DNA from: Mobula birostris
Taxonomy: Eukaryota
DNA length: 64,000 nucleotides
Direction of reading: 5' to 3'
Assembly (NCBI RefSeq): GCF_030028105.1
Contig: NC_092374.1
Coordinates: 175,422,057-175,486,056, forward strand
The notes under the pieces were generated by a model that was not told the DNA's origin, did no database searches, and saw nothing but the letters and a program-made list of their open reading frames with translations. This document shows positions 11,410 through 23,730 of this stretch, in pieces; positions within the stretch are counted from its first letter, which is position 1, and each line of letters begins with the position of its first letter. The translations under genes were made by a program, and so were the position numbers.

Positions 11410-11555
11410 AATCTGCAGATGCTGGAATTTCAGGCAACACATAAAAATTGCTGGTGAACGCAGCAGGCCAGGCAGCATCTATAGGAAGAGGTACAGTCAA
11501 CGTTTTGGGCCGAGACCCTGTCTGGCCTGCTGTGTTCACCAGCAATTTTTATTTG
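11410..11555. mobile_element. Penelope-derived short hairpin element
   Basis: Arms gctggtgaacgcagcaggccag / ctggcctgctgtgttcaccagc. Confidence 0.7.
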
Positions 11556-11609
11556 AATACAGGAGATGGGATTTTAGGCTGAAGTTCTACAAGACATTGG
11601 TGAGGCCTA

Positions 11610-13500
11610 ATGGATCAGAATCGGGTTCAATATCATTCAAGTATGTCATGAATTTGTTATGCAGTAGCAGTACAATGCAATACATAATTTAAAAATTACA
11701 GTAAGTGTATATTAAATAAGTGAAATTAAATAACTAGTTTAGAGGAAAATAGTGGGGTAGTGTTCATGGGTTCAATGTCCATTCAGAAGTCTGATGGCAG
11801 TGAAGATGCTATTCCTGAATGGTTGAGTGTGTGCCTTCAGGCTCCTGTAGCACCACCCTGGTGGTAGCAATGAGAACAGGCCATGCTCTGGTTGATGATG
11901 CCTTTTTGAAACATTACTCCTTGATGTCCTGGATGCTGGGGAGGTTTAGGTCCTGATGGAGCTGACTGAGTTTATAACTTTTTGCTGCTTATTTTGATCA
12001 CGTGCATTCTTTCTACCCTGCCCACCCCTAATCTGATGGTGATGCAACCAGCTAGAATGCTCTCCACAGTACATCTGTAGAAATTTGAGTGTCTTTTGTG
12101 ATATGCCAGTTCTTCTCAACTCCTAATGAAATTGCTGCTGTTGTGCTGCCTTTGTAACTACAGCAATATGTTGGGCCCAGGCTAGCTCCTCATATGTCGA
12201 TACCCAAGAATTTGAAATTGCTCAATCTTTCCACTTCTGATCCTTCTGAAAATGGGCATGTTCTCTTGTCTTGCCCTTTCTAAAGTCTGCATTCAATTCT
12301 TTTTCCTTGCTATTGTGTGCAAGATTGTTGCTGCAACATCACTCAACCAGCTGATCTGTCTTCTGTATGCTTATTACCATCTGGAATTCTACTAACAATA
12401 GCTATCATCAGCAAATTTGTAGATGGTATTTGAGCTGTGCTTAGCCACACAGACATGGGTCATAGAGAAGAGCAGTTGGTTAAGCACACATCCTTGTCTG
12501 CCAGTATTGATTATCAAAGAGGTGGAGATGTTATTTCTGAGATGCATAAACTGGTCTTCTGAGGAAGTCAAGGATCTAGCTGCAGAAGGAGGTAGAGACC
12601 CAGGTTTTGGAGCTTTTTGAATAGAACTATAGGAATGCTTGTGTTAAACACTGAGCTGTAGTCAATAACAGCAACCTGATGCAAGTATTTGTATTGATCC
12701 AAGGTTGTGTGAAGAGCCAATGAGATCACAGCCACTGTAGACCTATTGTGGCTTTATGCGAGTTGCAGTGGGCCCAATTCCTTGGCCAGGAGTTGATTCT
12801 ATCCATAACCAACCTCTCAAGGCACTTCATCGTAGATGTGAGACTACTGGATGATGGTGATTAAGGCAGCTCACCCTGCTCTTGGGCAGTAGTAAGATGG
12901 TTGCCTTTTGAAGTGGATGGGAAGGAGAGATTGAAAATGTCTTTGAACATACTTGCCAGATGGTTGACATAAGTTTTCAGAGCCCTAACAGGCACACCAG
13001 CAAGGCCTGTTGCTTTGCAGGGTTTCACCCTCTTGAAAGACATTCTGACATCATCCTCCAAGCCATGCTGCAGGGATCATTGGCTGTAATTTTATTCTCC
13101 CTTTCAAAGTCTGCATAAAAGGCTTTAGCTCTTCTGGGAGTGAAGCATTACTGCCATTCATATTAGATTTCACTTTGCAGAAAGTAATGATTGAAAACCC
13201 TACCAGAGTTGATGTGCTTTAAAATCTACCTCCAACCTGGTTTGGAATTGTTCCTTTCATCTCGATGGCCCTCTAAGTCATACCTGTATTGTATAGTCCT
13301 GAGTCACCAGGCTTGAATATCACAGATCTAGCCTTCAGCAGACTATGAATCTCCTGGTTCATCCAGTGTTTGATTCAGTAATGTACAGTATGTTCTCCTA
13401 GGCACACACTCTTCGACACAAGTTTTGAAGAAGTTGGTGACAATTGTAGCATATTCATTCAGACCATAAGATAAATCCTTGCTCAGAGTCCACTGACTCA
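11610..13500 (-). mobile_element. Decayed Rex1/Babar LINE
   Basis: SFKRVKPCKATG...ALKTYVNHLASMFKDIFNLS (12861-13061) plus the 3-prime region. Confidence 0.75.
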
Positions 13501-16500
13501 AAGTATTTCTGTAAGTGCTTGTAAATCATGACCAAGATTCTTAGACAGGATTTGCAGGCATTTAGAGAAGTATAATCTATTAGAGACAGTCAGTATGGCT
13601 TTGAGTGGTAGGACAACTGCAAAAGCCTAATTGAAGCAGATTGTTGAAGGTGGAACAGTGAATGTGGCTTGTATGGATTTTAGTAAGCTGTTACTTTTCC
13701 TCATTCAGAAACAGGTATGTGGGATACAGGGAAATTTGGCTGTCAATACAGAATTAGCTTGCCCATGAAAGGTGAAGAATGGAGGATCTGTTGGACTCCT
13801 GCTTTGTGGATTTTTAAAAAAATGTGTATAAATGACTTGGATGATGAAGTGGAAGGGTGGGTTAATAGATTTGCAGATGACATAAAAGTTGGAGTTGTGG
13901 AAAGTGTAGAGGTTTGTTGTTAATTACAACAGGACATTGAAGTGGTGCAGAGCTGGGCTGCTGTGGCAGATGGAGTTCAACTTGGAGAACTGTGAAGAGA
14001 TGCACTTTGGGAGGTTGAATTTGAAGGCAGAATGTAGACATCATTCCTAAAATGTTTCAATCAATTCAATATTGATTTTGCATTTGAAGTTCCTGTATTG
14101 CCTCCAAATAGTAACCAAGATGTGGGGTTGAGATTGCAAAGGGAGCTGGAAAAAGTATGTAATAAGGTTAATGACACAATTGTAAGGGATTGGGGAAAAT
14201 CAGGTTGGCATCTGATTGCAAGAGGGGAAATTGCTGAATGTCTATGAGATGAATTTTTAGAGCAGCTTGTGCTTGAGCCTATTCAGGGAAAGGCTATCTT
14301 AGATTGGGTGTTGTGTAATAACCTGAATCTTGGGGAGCTTAGTGTAAAGGAATCTTTGGGAGGCAGTGATCATAATGATTGAATTTGTATTGTAACTTGA
14401 GAGAGAGAAGCATGACTCATGCATCTGTATCACAATGGAATAGAGGGAATTAGAGGCAGGTGAGAGGAGCTTGCCCAGTTGATTGGAGGATGATACTGGC
14501 AGGGATGATGGCAGAACAGATGGCTGAAGTTTCTAGGAATGGCTTACAAGGCACTGGATAGACATGTCCCCCAGAGCAAAAAGCTCAAATGGCAGAACTA
14601 GCCAACTGTGGCTGACAAGGGAAGTTAAGGATTGAATAAAAGCCAAGGAAAGGGTATATAAGGTAGCAAGTGCATGGGAAGTTGAATGATTGGAAACTTT
14701 TAAAATCCAACAAAAGGCAACTAAAAATGCAACAGGGGAAAAGATGAAATGAGGGCAGACTAACAATAATATAAAGCAGGACACAATTTTTTGTATAGAG
14801 TAAAAGGGAGGTGAGAGTTCACATTGGACCACTGGAAAATGATGCTGGTGAGGTAGTAATGGACAAAGAAATGGCAGATGAACTCAATGGGTACTTTGCA
14901 TCAGTCTTCACTGGATGACACTAGCAGTGTGCCAGAGGTTCATGAGGGTCATTGTTATTTCAAATAAAGGTGCTAGGCAAACTCAAGGTCTTGGGGTGGA
15001 TAAGTCACCTGGGCCAGATGGACTATATCCCAGAGTCCTGAGAGGTTGCTGAAGGGATAACAGATGAATTCGTCATGATCTTTCAAGAATCACTTGATTC
15101 TTGTGTGGCCTTAGAGGACAGGAAAATTGCAAGTTTCACTCCACTCTTTAAGTAAGGAAGACAAAATAAAGGAAATGAAAGGCCAGTTAGCCTAACCTCA
15201 GTGGTTGGGAAAGTATTGGAGTCTATTAAGGATGAAGTTTTAATGTTCTTGGAGACTAATGATAAAAGTCAGTCAGCATAGTTTCTGTGAAGGGAAATCT
15301 TGCCTGACAAATCTGGAATTCAAGGAAGTAACAAGCTGGGTGGACAAAGGAGAGGAAGTGGATGTCATTTGCTTGGATTTTCAAAGGTATTTGATAAGGT
15401 GCCACACATGAGGCTGCTTAAAATAAAATCCTATGGTGTTTCAGGAAAGGTAGTGGCTGATGGGCAGGAGGTAGTGAGTGGGAATAAAGGGGACTTTTTT
15501 TGGTTGGCTGCCAGTGACTAATGGTATACCTCAAGGGTCAGTATTTTGACCACAGCTGTTCACATTGTAGCAGTGTTCCTCAGGTCAATATTGGGATTGC
15601 TACTTTTTGCATTGTTTGTCAACCATTTGGGTAATGGAATTGATGGCCTTGTGGAAAAGTTTGTGGATGATACAAAGATAGGTGGAGGAGTAGGTAGTGC
15701 TGAGGAAACATTATGATTGCAACAGAACTTGGACAAATTGGAAAAATGGGCAAAAATGTCAGATGGAATAGGTCTGGGAAATGTATGATGTATTTTGGTA
15801 AAAAAACTACAGTGCAGACTACCTAAATGGGGAGAAGGTTCAAACATCAGGTGTTGAGGGACTTGGGAGTCTTTGTGCAAGACTCACAGCAGTTTAATTT
15901 ACAGGTTAAGTCTGTGGTAAAGAAGGCAAATGCAACATTAGCATTTATTTCAAGGGGAATGGAATATAAAAACAATGAGATAATGCTGAGCCTTTATTAG
16001 ACACTAGTCAGACTGCGCTAAGAGTATTGTCAACAGTTTTGGGCCCCATGTCTCGAAGGGTGTGCTCTCATTGGAGAGAGTCCAGAGGTCCACAAGGATG
16101 ATTCTGGGAACGAAGGGGTTAATATCAGAGGGGCATTTGGCAGCTTTAGGCCTGTACTCGAATTTAGAATGTGGGGTGATCTCATTGAAGCCTACTGAAG
16201 GTTTAAAGGACAAAGATGGATGTGGAGAGAATATTTTCTCTGGTGGGGGTGTCCAGAACTAGAGGGTATAGCCTCAAAATTGAGGGATGACCCTTTAGAA
16301 CAGGGGTATGGAGGATTTTTTTTAGCCAGAGTAGTAAATCTATGGAATGCTCTGCCACAGACTATGGTGGAGGCAAAGTCCATGCATGTATTTAAAGTGG
16401 AAATTGATAGTTTCCTGATCGGTCAGGGCATTGGAGGATATGGTGAGAAGGTGGGTGTATGAGGTTGAGTGGGATCTGCCATGATGAAATAGTGGACTGG

Positions 16501-16545
16501 ACTTGACAGACTGGGTGGCCTAATTCTGCTTCTGTCTTGTGGTAC
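13500..16545 (+). mobile_element. Decayed CR1 fragments (RT piece 13500-14040; endonuclease-to-3-prime-end copy 14090-16545)
   Basis: INDLDDEVEGWVNRFADDIK, GFSKVFDKVPH and RVVNLWNALPQ motifs. Confidence 0.85.
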
Positions 16546-17679
16546 CTCTTTCCTGGTAGTGGTAATGAGAAAATGGTATGTCCAGGGTGTTAGAGGTGTA
16601 TGGTATGTTTGGGTTTGTCCATTGGTGTTGAATAAGTTTACTAGAGCCACATTTGGAGTATGGTGGGCAACTCTGGTCACTGTATTCCAAGGATGTGGAG
16701 GCCTTGGAGAAGCTGAGCAAAAGGTACAACTGGATGTTGCCTGGATTAGAGTATTAGCTATAAAGAAGCAAACTTGAATTGTTTTCTCTGTACTATGGGA
16801 GGCAGTGGGTAGACCTAATAGATGTTCAAGGTACATTTATTGCATGTTTACTCTACTGTATACAACCTTGAGATTTGTCATCTTGCAGATAGGCACAAAA
16901 CAAACAATAGAATCATTTAAAAGCCAATAGAATGAAGACTGTCAAAGACCCAATGAGCAGAAAAATTCTGTAAACAATAAAAGTAAACAAGTAATACTCA
17001 GAGCATGAACTAGAGCTCCTTAAAGTGAATCCACAGCCACGAAGCCAGTTCACTGGTGTAAAGCCTGATGGCTGTAGGCCACAACTTCAGAAGCAAACAA
17101 ATCTCATGGAGCAGTGAGCTGAACACCGGTCCATCCCCCATCCCTGGGTTCAATACCCTGACCTGTTCAATCTGGACGGGCTCTTAAACTGGCCAAACTT
17201 CAGCTCAATCCTTTATCTTGGGCCTTGGCCTGGGCCCCACTGCCTCAATCTGACCCCAAGTCTGCTTCAGCAAAGGCCACTGCAACCGTACCCCCAGGAC
17301 TTCAATTCGCTAAATGCCCCAAGATGAAGCATAAACACCAGGTTGTACAGTTGGTTCAAAAGTAGCTTGCAAGGGGAAATGGCAGCCTGATAAAATATAT
17401 TTTGAAGCACAGGCAGATGTGTCTTGAGATTAGAGAATCATAAAGGACAATATTTGGTCAGGCATGATCTTGCTGACTTAAAGTATTGATCAGCCTGGTC
17501 TGGTTTGATCTTGAAGTGCTGCTTAAGATTAATTGAATGGCTGCTGCATTTGACCCTGTATCCTTTTTCCAAAAGATTACATTATTTGTTTTTCTCCAGT
17601 GCTTTCCATTTTTTCTTATGGAAAGACTGGCAGGTATCTTTGCAATTTCTGCTCCACCTTCCTCAGTGAAGGACACACC

Positions 17680-17930
17680 ATCTGGACTTGTTCACTTTGT
17701 ACTTGATCTCAGTTGTTGCCCCATTTCCCTGTCCTGTAGCAACTCGCTGAAATCTGCTTTCAAGGCCTCCACCCTTTCTCTACCTATGTCATTGGTACCA
17801 ATATGTACCATGACCTCTGGCTGCTTGCCCTCCCATTTCAGGATATTGTGGACATGCTCTGAAATATCATGAACCCTGGCACCTGGGAAGCAAACTACCA
17901 TCCTTGCTTCTTTGACCTGTGTTCAGCCCA
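17680..17930 (-). mobile_element. CR1 ORF1 esterase (SGNH) fragment
   Basis: VVCFPGARVHDISEHVHNILKWEGKQPEVMVHIGTNDIGR. Confidence 0.8.
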
Positions 17931-18039
17931 GTTCAAACTTGTATTATCAACTTGATATCACATTGTTTCTAATTTGTCCTTTTATTTGGGGATGCCAAGT
18001 ATTGCATAAATATACTTAGTGATATTATTTGGCATCTGG

Positions 18040-18600
18040 AAGTAGCTGTCATGAGCAATGTGCATCTCTAATTGCTTTAGGTGAGTCAGTGCCTTGAACT
18101 GGTGAGGGGGGTAGGGCTGTTAAGGTGGGAATTCCTTAGTGTGTGCATGTTGGGGCATCAGGAGAAGTCGCTCACTACTGGATACCCAGTCTCGGAGCTG
18201 CTCTTTAGCCATAGTATTTCAGTGGGTAGGTGGTCAATGCTATTTCCCAGAATGTTATTGGTGGTGGGGCAGGGGCTGGAGGTGACAGTAATATCACTAA
18301 ATGTCAAAGGGAGGTTAAACTTGCATTGGAGACCATGCCTGGCAGTTGTGCCAGGAATGTTGCCTGCTACATCAGTCCATTGAATATTGTCCAGATTTTC
18401 CTGCCTATAGGTGAGCCCTGCTTCATTTGGTGAGGAATTGTATTTAGATTTAAACCTTGTGACATTGTTATTGAACATCCCCTATATTCCTGACCTCACA
18501 ATGGAAGGAAGGTCACTGGTGAAGCAGCTGTAGCTGGCTGGTCCCAGGGCCCTGTCCTGAGGGACTCCTGTAAGATATCTTGGTACTGAGGTGTCTGACC
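18040..18600 (-). mobile_element. Highly decayed LINE RT C-terminal fragment
   Basis: DITVTSSPCPTTNNILGNSID resembles LINE RT thumb motifs. Clade uncertain. Confidence 0.45.
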
Positions 18601-19895
18601 TCTGTCAACCACAATTTGGTTGTCTGTGTGTGACCTTTGATCGGGGCTGGCAAGGGACATTGTGATGACCTAAGGTGGTTTCTCTCCACAGATGCTATCT
18701 GCCCTGTGGATTTTAACATTTGTAATTTTTGCATTGGTTGCTCTAACATCCTCTGTGGGAATGTACCTGGACTGAAAAATCTCCCTACTGAAGAATAGCT
18801 TCAGTATTTTAGATTGCCAACCTGTTTCTGGTTTACCTGAACCAGATCCTCCTGTCCCACTGGAGTATTTGTCCTGCTGTACTCCATTTCCTCCTTGCTG
18901 TTGGACTACTTTGCACAGAGGAGGCCATCCTGGGCTAGTTGTGGTATTTACTGTTTTTGGATTTGGTGGTTTACACAACTGATGTATACATGGAAGGCAA
19001 CATCAAATGCAAATGCAGTTGTCCTCCTGCTGTGTCTCTGACAGTGAGATGTTAATTGGCCATTATGTTCAAAATTTTGCACCTCAACTGTAAATATTAC
19101 AGGGTTCAACCAATGCTGACAGTTCCCATTTGCCCTGCAAGGAACATGCCTTGTATTGAGCCCTGCTGTTTAAACCAGGGGCCCAATCTGCCTCATTCCA
19201 GCACTGAGGGAAAAGCCAACACTTGGGCCATGATTTATTTCCACAACAAATGACCATGGCTCTGTAAAACAAGCTTCATTGAACTGCAGGCACCCAGCAG
19301 CAGAGTGCAAGTGGTGCTTAATGGCTGTAAAAGATTCAGACAGTAATCCTTGTAGATTCCAGCACAGATCTGGTGTACCTGCCAGAACTTGACTGAGGGC
19401 TAGGGGAGATGCTGCTCACAATGTCAGTAGTATTTAATACATCAATCCCACACAGATCTCAACCCACTTAATACTAAAAATCCCATCATGCCAAACTGAG
19501 CAAGGTTCTGTTAGGAAAAAAATTCTTCCAGACCACCATTTGCTCTGCCTCATGCTCATTGTTGTCTCTGAGCATTCCATATCATCTTACCCAGTCACCT
19601 CCTCTGCTTATCTTAGCTTGCAGTCCCTCCAATTAAATCTAGGCCTAGTTTCACTACACATCCCAATTGCCATCAAGCTCCACTACCTTGTGCACTAACA
19701 CTGTTCAGTCTCCCTCAGATGTTCAAGTAGCTTTATTATTAAAGTACATATACTATATGATGTGCTATCCTGAGGTTATATCAGGCATTTAGAGTATATG
19801 CAAAGAAACACAGTAGAATCAATGAAAAACAAAGATGAACAAACAACCAATGTGCAAAAGACGAACTGTGGAACTACAAAAATAAGCATTAAATA

Positions 19896-21400
19896 CAGAA
19901 TTTCCCCCACCATCCGAAGGTAGAACGTTCCTATGAAACAGTTCGTAAGCCGAAATGTCGTAAAGTGAAGAAGCAATTACCATTTATTTGTATGGGAAAA
20001 TTTTGTGAGCGTTTGCAGACCCAAAAATAACCTAAAATAACAGTAACATATAGTAAAAGCAGGAATGATATGGTAAATACACAGCCTATATAAAGTAGAA
20101 ATACTTCTCTACGACGATTGCCTGCACAGATCTCCGTAGCGAAAATCTCACGCAAGTGCTCTCGGCAGAAAATCTCACACAAGCGCTGTTGGCATAAACG
20201 TGCTCTCCAGTAACCTTTAAACTATGAGCTGCCGAATCTACCAACAACATGTAAAAATACACAGCCTATATAAAGTAGAAATAATGTATGTACAGTGTGG
20301 TATCACTTACCGGAATTGGGAAAACAGCGCTGAGCACACTGATGATGGTGTGTTAGGCTGAGTCGTCGCAGGCTGGGTGGTGCAGTGGCCCCCCACCCTC
20401 CAGGCCGCCAACTCGATACATTGCGGCGAAGAACGCAGCAGTAGCCAGGAGGCACACAGCACATCTTTAAGAAAAAAAGCCGAAATAAACATGCTAATTA
20501 ATTACGTGCCGCCTGACACGTAATTGTCGGCCAGATCAGTGCCGATTGCCATTGCATCGCCTTTGATCTGGGCTGACATTTACATGTTGGGTGGCACCTA
20601 ATTAATTAGCATGTTTATTTTGGCTTTTTTCTTAAAGATGTGCTGTGTGTCTCCCAACTTCTGCTGCATTCTCCGCAAATCGGTATCTGTACGTGGCCTG
20701 GGTGTTGGGGTGGTGGGACACTGGGATGTCATCTCGTCATCTGTTTCCATTAGAGCAGGCAGCTCATCTTCTCCTGTGACTACCTGCCTCGATATCAAAT
20801 TTCGTCGTCTGCTTTGGCTGATGTGGAAGCTTGCTTGACTGCTGAGCCTCGTGTATTTTTCTATCATACAGTTCTTTGTAAGCACTCAAACCATCTTGCA
20901 AATGCTGTATCCCTAAACCGATGTACCCTTTGAAAATTAAAGTTGTACTTTATCATTACCATTCGGTTTCGATTGTTATCCTTTCCTCTTCCAATTGCAT
21001 CAGCTCTTCATCTATCAGTTCTTGGTCATGGGATGCCAAAACCTCTTCAACAACATCTTCGTCAGCTTCACAAGCCAAACTCACGTTGTCCTTACTTCGT
21101 TCACCATGATCAAAATGCTTTATTGTGTCTAGTTTTACACTAAGTGTAACACCTTATGAGCTCTTTCAAGCTTTCCAATACCTCAGAACTCATCTTGCAA
21201 ACGGCTGCTCACAGGCATGTGTTAAAGCAATGCTGTTCCGAATCTGAGGGGACAGTGGCTGCTTGGGGCGCGCGCTGCCTTTTATCGTGCTCTAGATTTT
21301 TTTCATAACAGTGAAAACACCTGTTAGGCGAAAACGGTACTAATGTAGGTCTTTCATAACAGTTTCGTAAAGCAAACGTTCAAAAAGCGGGGGACACCTG
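19896..21400 (-). mobile_element. Tigger/pogo DNA transposon, internal-deletion derivative, TA TSD
   Basis: TA at 19894-19895 and 21401-21402. Imperfect TIRs (cagaatttccccc / gggggacacctg). Minus strand shows the transposase N-terminus KGVTLSVKLDTIKHFDHGERSKD fused to the acidic C-terminus EEVLASHDQELIDEELMQLEEE. Splits a Rex1 3-prime UTR. Confidence 0.8.
20421..20678. repeat. Long imperfect palindrome (about 115-bp arms, about 27-nt spacer) inside the Tigger element
   Basis: gcacacagcacatctttaagaaaaaaagccgaaataaacatgctaattaatta mirrored by taattaattagcatgtttattttggctttttcttaaagatgtgctgtgtgt. Confidence 0.9.
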
Positions 21401-22004
21401 TATCAGAGCATGTTGATAACTACTTGAAAGTGAGTCCATAGATTGTGGAATGAGTTCTGTTTGAGTGAGTGAAGTCAGACCCTCTGGTTCAAGGGTCTAA
21501 TGTGGGATCTAAGGCTCCAGTACCACCACCCTGATGGTAGCAGCAAGAAGGGAGCATGGCCTGCATGGAAACTGCTTTCATGCAGCAGTGCTTGTATGTA
21601 ATTTTCAAATTGTGCCTTTCCCCAAAACTTCCACGTCCCTCCCTTCCCTGCCTTGCAAACAGCTGACCCCCTAGTATTATCTCTGTCCAGGATCTTGACA
21701 GGCACTCCCTGAATTAGTTCCCACAACCCTTGCCCCCAATGTGGAAACAGCTGGAACAGTGACATAGGCACCAGTGGGCTGGGGTAGATTTGCTATTTAT
21801 GGCAACAACTGCCCCTCCTGCTCCCCCCCCCTCCAGTTGGCTCAGGCCTTTGGTTATGGGATGGGAGTGTCGGGGACCACTCGGGAGGTGCAGGTTGCAC
21901 AGGTCAGTGTGGGTGGGAAGAGATGACCTGCCATCCTCCGGGAGAGTGGCTCCTCTGAACCAGGGAAGTGGTGTCTGGTGTGGGAATAACTGTCTTTCTT
22001 CCAG

Positions 22005-22271
22005 GGGCGAACTCTGTTTACCACAGGCAGGGCTGTCTGTTTAACAGTAGTGCCACCGGAGATGGACCTTCTTCTATCAGGATTACTACAACAGAGAGCT
22101 GATTTTCCTACTATGACTTTGACCAGAAGAAGTTTGTGGCAGCAAAGCCATGGATGCGGGGGAATGGGGACAGGTGGAACAAGGCTGAAGCGGGCAGCGA
22201 CGTACCAGGGCGGGATCCGTGTGTGTGAGAACAACATCCCATTGTTGAAAAATGGGTGCTGCCCCGGAGAG
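22005..22271 (+). CDS. mhc2b: MHC class II beta exon 2, beta1 domain, disrupted by 4 single-base indels
   Basis: Acceptor tctttcttccag, donor G|GTAAGT at 22272. Repaired reading: GANSVYHRQGCLFNSSATG(E)WTFFYQDYYNRELI(S)YYDFDQKKFVAAKPWMRGNGDRWNKAEA(x)ATYQGGIRVCENNIPLLK(x)WVLPRR, with both Cys, the NSS glycosylation site, WN and CxxN. In-frame TGA at 22100-22102 and 22226-22228 as assembled. Confidence 0.9.
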
Positions 22272-23204
22272 GTAAGTGGTATTGTGGTGTGAGGAAGCAA
22301 ATGGTGGCTCCCTGGAACTGTTCCAATGCTGGGGAGGTCCCCAGTATCTAGGCCATCCTGGGTGGGAGATACGGTATGTACACTGCAGCCCTAATGGCAG
22401 CTGTTAACACTGAAACCATAGCCCCTCATCTCCTCCTTTTCTCTGCCCCCCACTCCACCCCCCCCCCCCAGGGTTTAATCTACCAGGCTCTAGTTTCTAA
22501 CCCTGCTTTAAAAAAAACTAGTGGGTGGCCTGGCATTCCAGATTTGGAGGCCTGAATCGTGAACCAAACTGCAGAGACTGGGGGTTCTGTGGGTCAGTTA
22601 CGGAGCACAGACAAGCCTTTGGCCCACTGTTTCAATGCTGACCAGTCCACATTTCTACTAACACCAAATGAGATGCCTGATACATTTGGTGTGTCAGTTT
22701 AAGGCAGGATATACCTGTAATGGGTAGTGCAACAGATGTTCACTAGGTTATTTCCCAGAATGGTGGCCTTCTCTGCCCAGAAGGATTGCTGGTTGTTCTG
22801 AATTCCTGGAATGGATTGCTATTTAAAGGGATTGAGTATGAAATTGGTGCAGAAGTAGAAAATAAGCCATTGTCTAACTGAATAATAGTTGGCACAGGGA
22901 TGAAAAGCCTTCTGTTTCATTCCCTGGCTTTGAACCTGCCCAAGTGTATTGTCCTTGTCTTTGTCTTTCTCCCCACCACACCCCCCCCCCACCATGTGGC
23001 CATTTCTTGACTGAAGTCAATTAGTTAGTAGCTTCCCAATTCATTCCTTCCTTTATTCATGATCCAGTGGTAACAGTTCCCTTTTATGATCTAGTCATGT
23101 CAGTCAAAAATGCATCATACAGTTTCTTTTCCCAGTTTTGGAACAGAAACAGACCTTTTTGACCTCATAACTGCAACAAACCAAATGCCAGAAGTAAACT
23201 AAAT

Positions 23205-23730
23205 GCAATGCTCTGCAGATGCTGGGGTCAAAGCAACACTCACAACATACTGGAGGAACTCAGCAGGTCGGGCAGCATCCGTGGAAACGATCAGTCAATG
23301 TTTCAAGCCGGAACTCTTCGTCAGGACTGAAGAGGGAAGGGGCAGAGGCCCAATAAAGAAGGTGGGGGGAGGGTGGGAAGGAGGAGGCTGGTAGGTTCCA
23401 GGTGAAAAACCAGTAAGGGGAAAGATAAAGGGGTGGGGGAGGGGAAGCAGGGAGGTGACAGTCAGGAAAGGTGAAGAAGGAATAGGGGAAAACACAATGG
23501 GTAGTAGAAGGAGGCAGAACCATGAGGGAAGTGATAGGCAGCTGGGGGAGGGGGCAGAGTGAAATAGGGGAAGGGAATTACCAGAAGTTGAAGAATTATG
23601 TTCATACCAAGGGGCTGGAGACTACCTAGACAGTATACCCCCTCTTCAGTCCTGACGAGGGGTTCCAACCTGAAACGTTGACTGATCGTTTCCACGGATG
23701 CTGCCTGACCTGAGTTCCTCCAGTGTGTTG
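23205..23730. mobile_element. Penelope-derived element with inverted terminal repeats (about 23250-23337 vs 23640-23722)
   Basis: ggaggaactcagcaggtcgggcagcatccgtggaaacgatcagtcaa...ggactgaagaggg is the reverse complement of cctcttcagtcc...ttgactgatcgtttccacggatgctgcctgacctgagttcctcc. Confidence 0.85.
23646..23685 (+). ncRNA. Minimal type I hammerhead ribozyme motif (Penelope-associated)
   Basis: TCAGTC-CTGACGA-GGGGTTCCAACCT-GAAAC-GTT-GACTGA: 6-bp stem I, CUGANGA core, stem II, GAAA, palindromic ACGU stem III and GUH triplet. Activity not shown. Confidence 0.7.

Noticed and set aside
21790-22292. ORFs 21790-22044 and 22050-22292 as independent genes
   Set aside because: They are off-frame or partial readings of the frameshifted exon 2.
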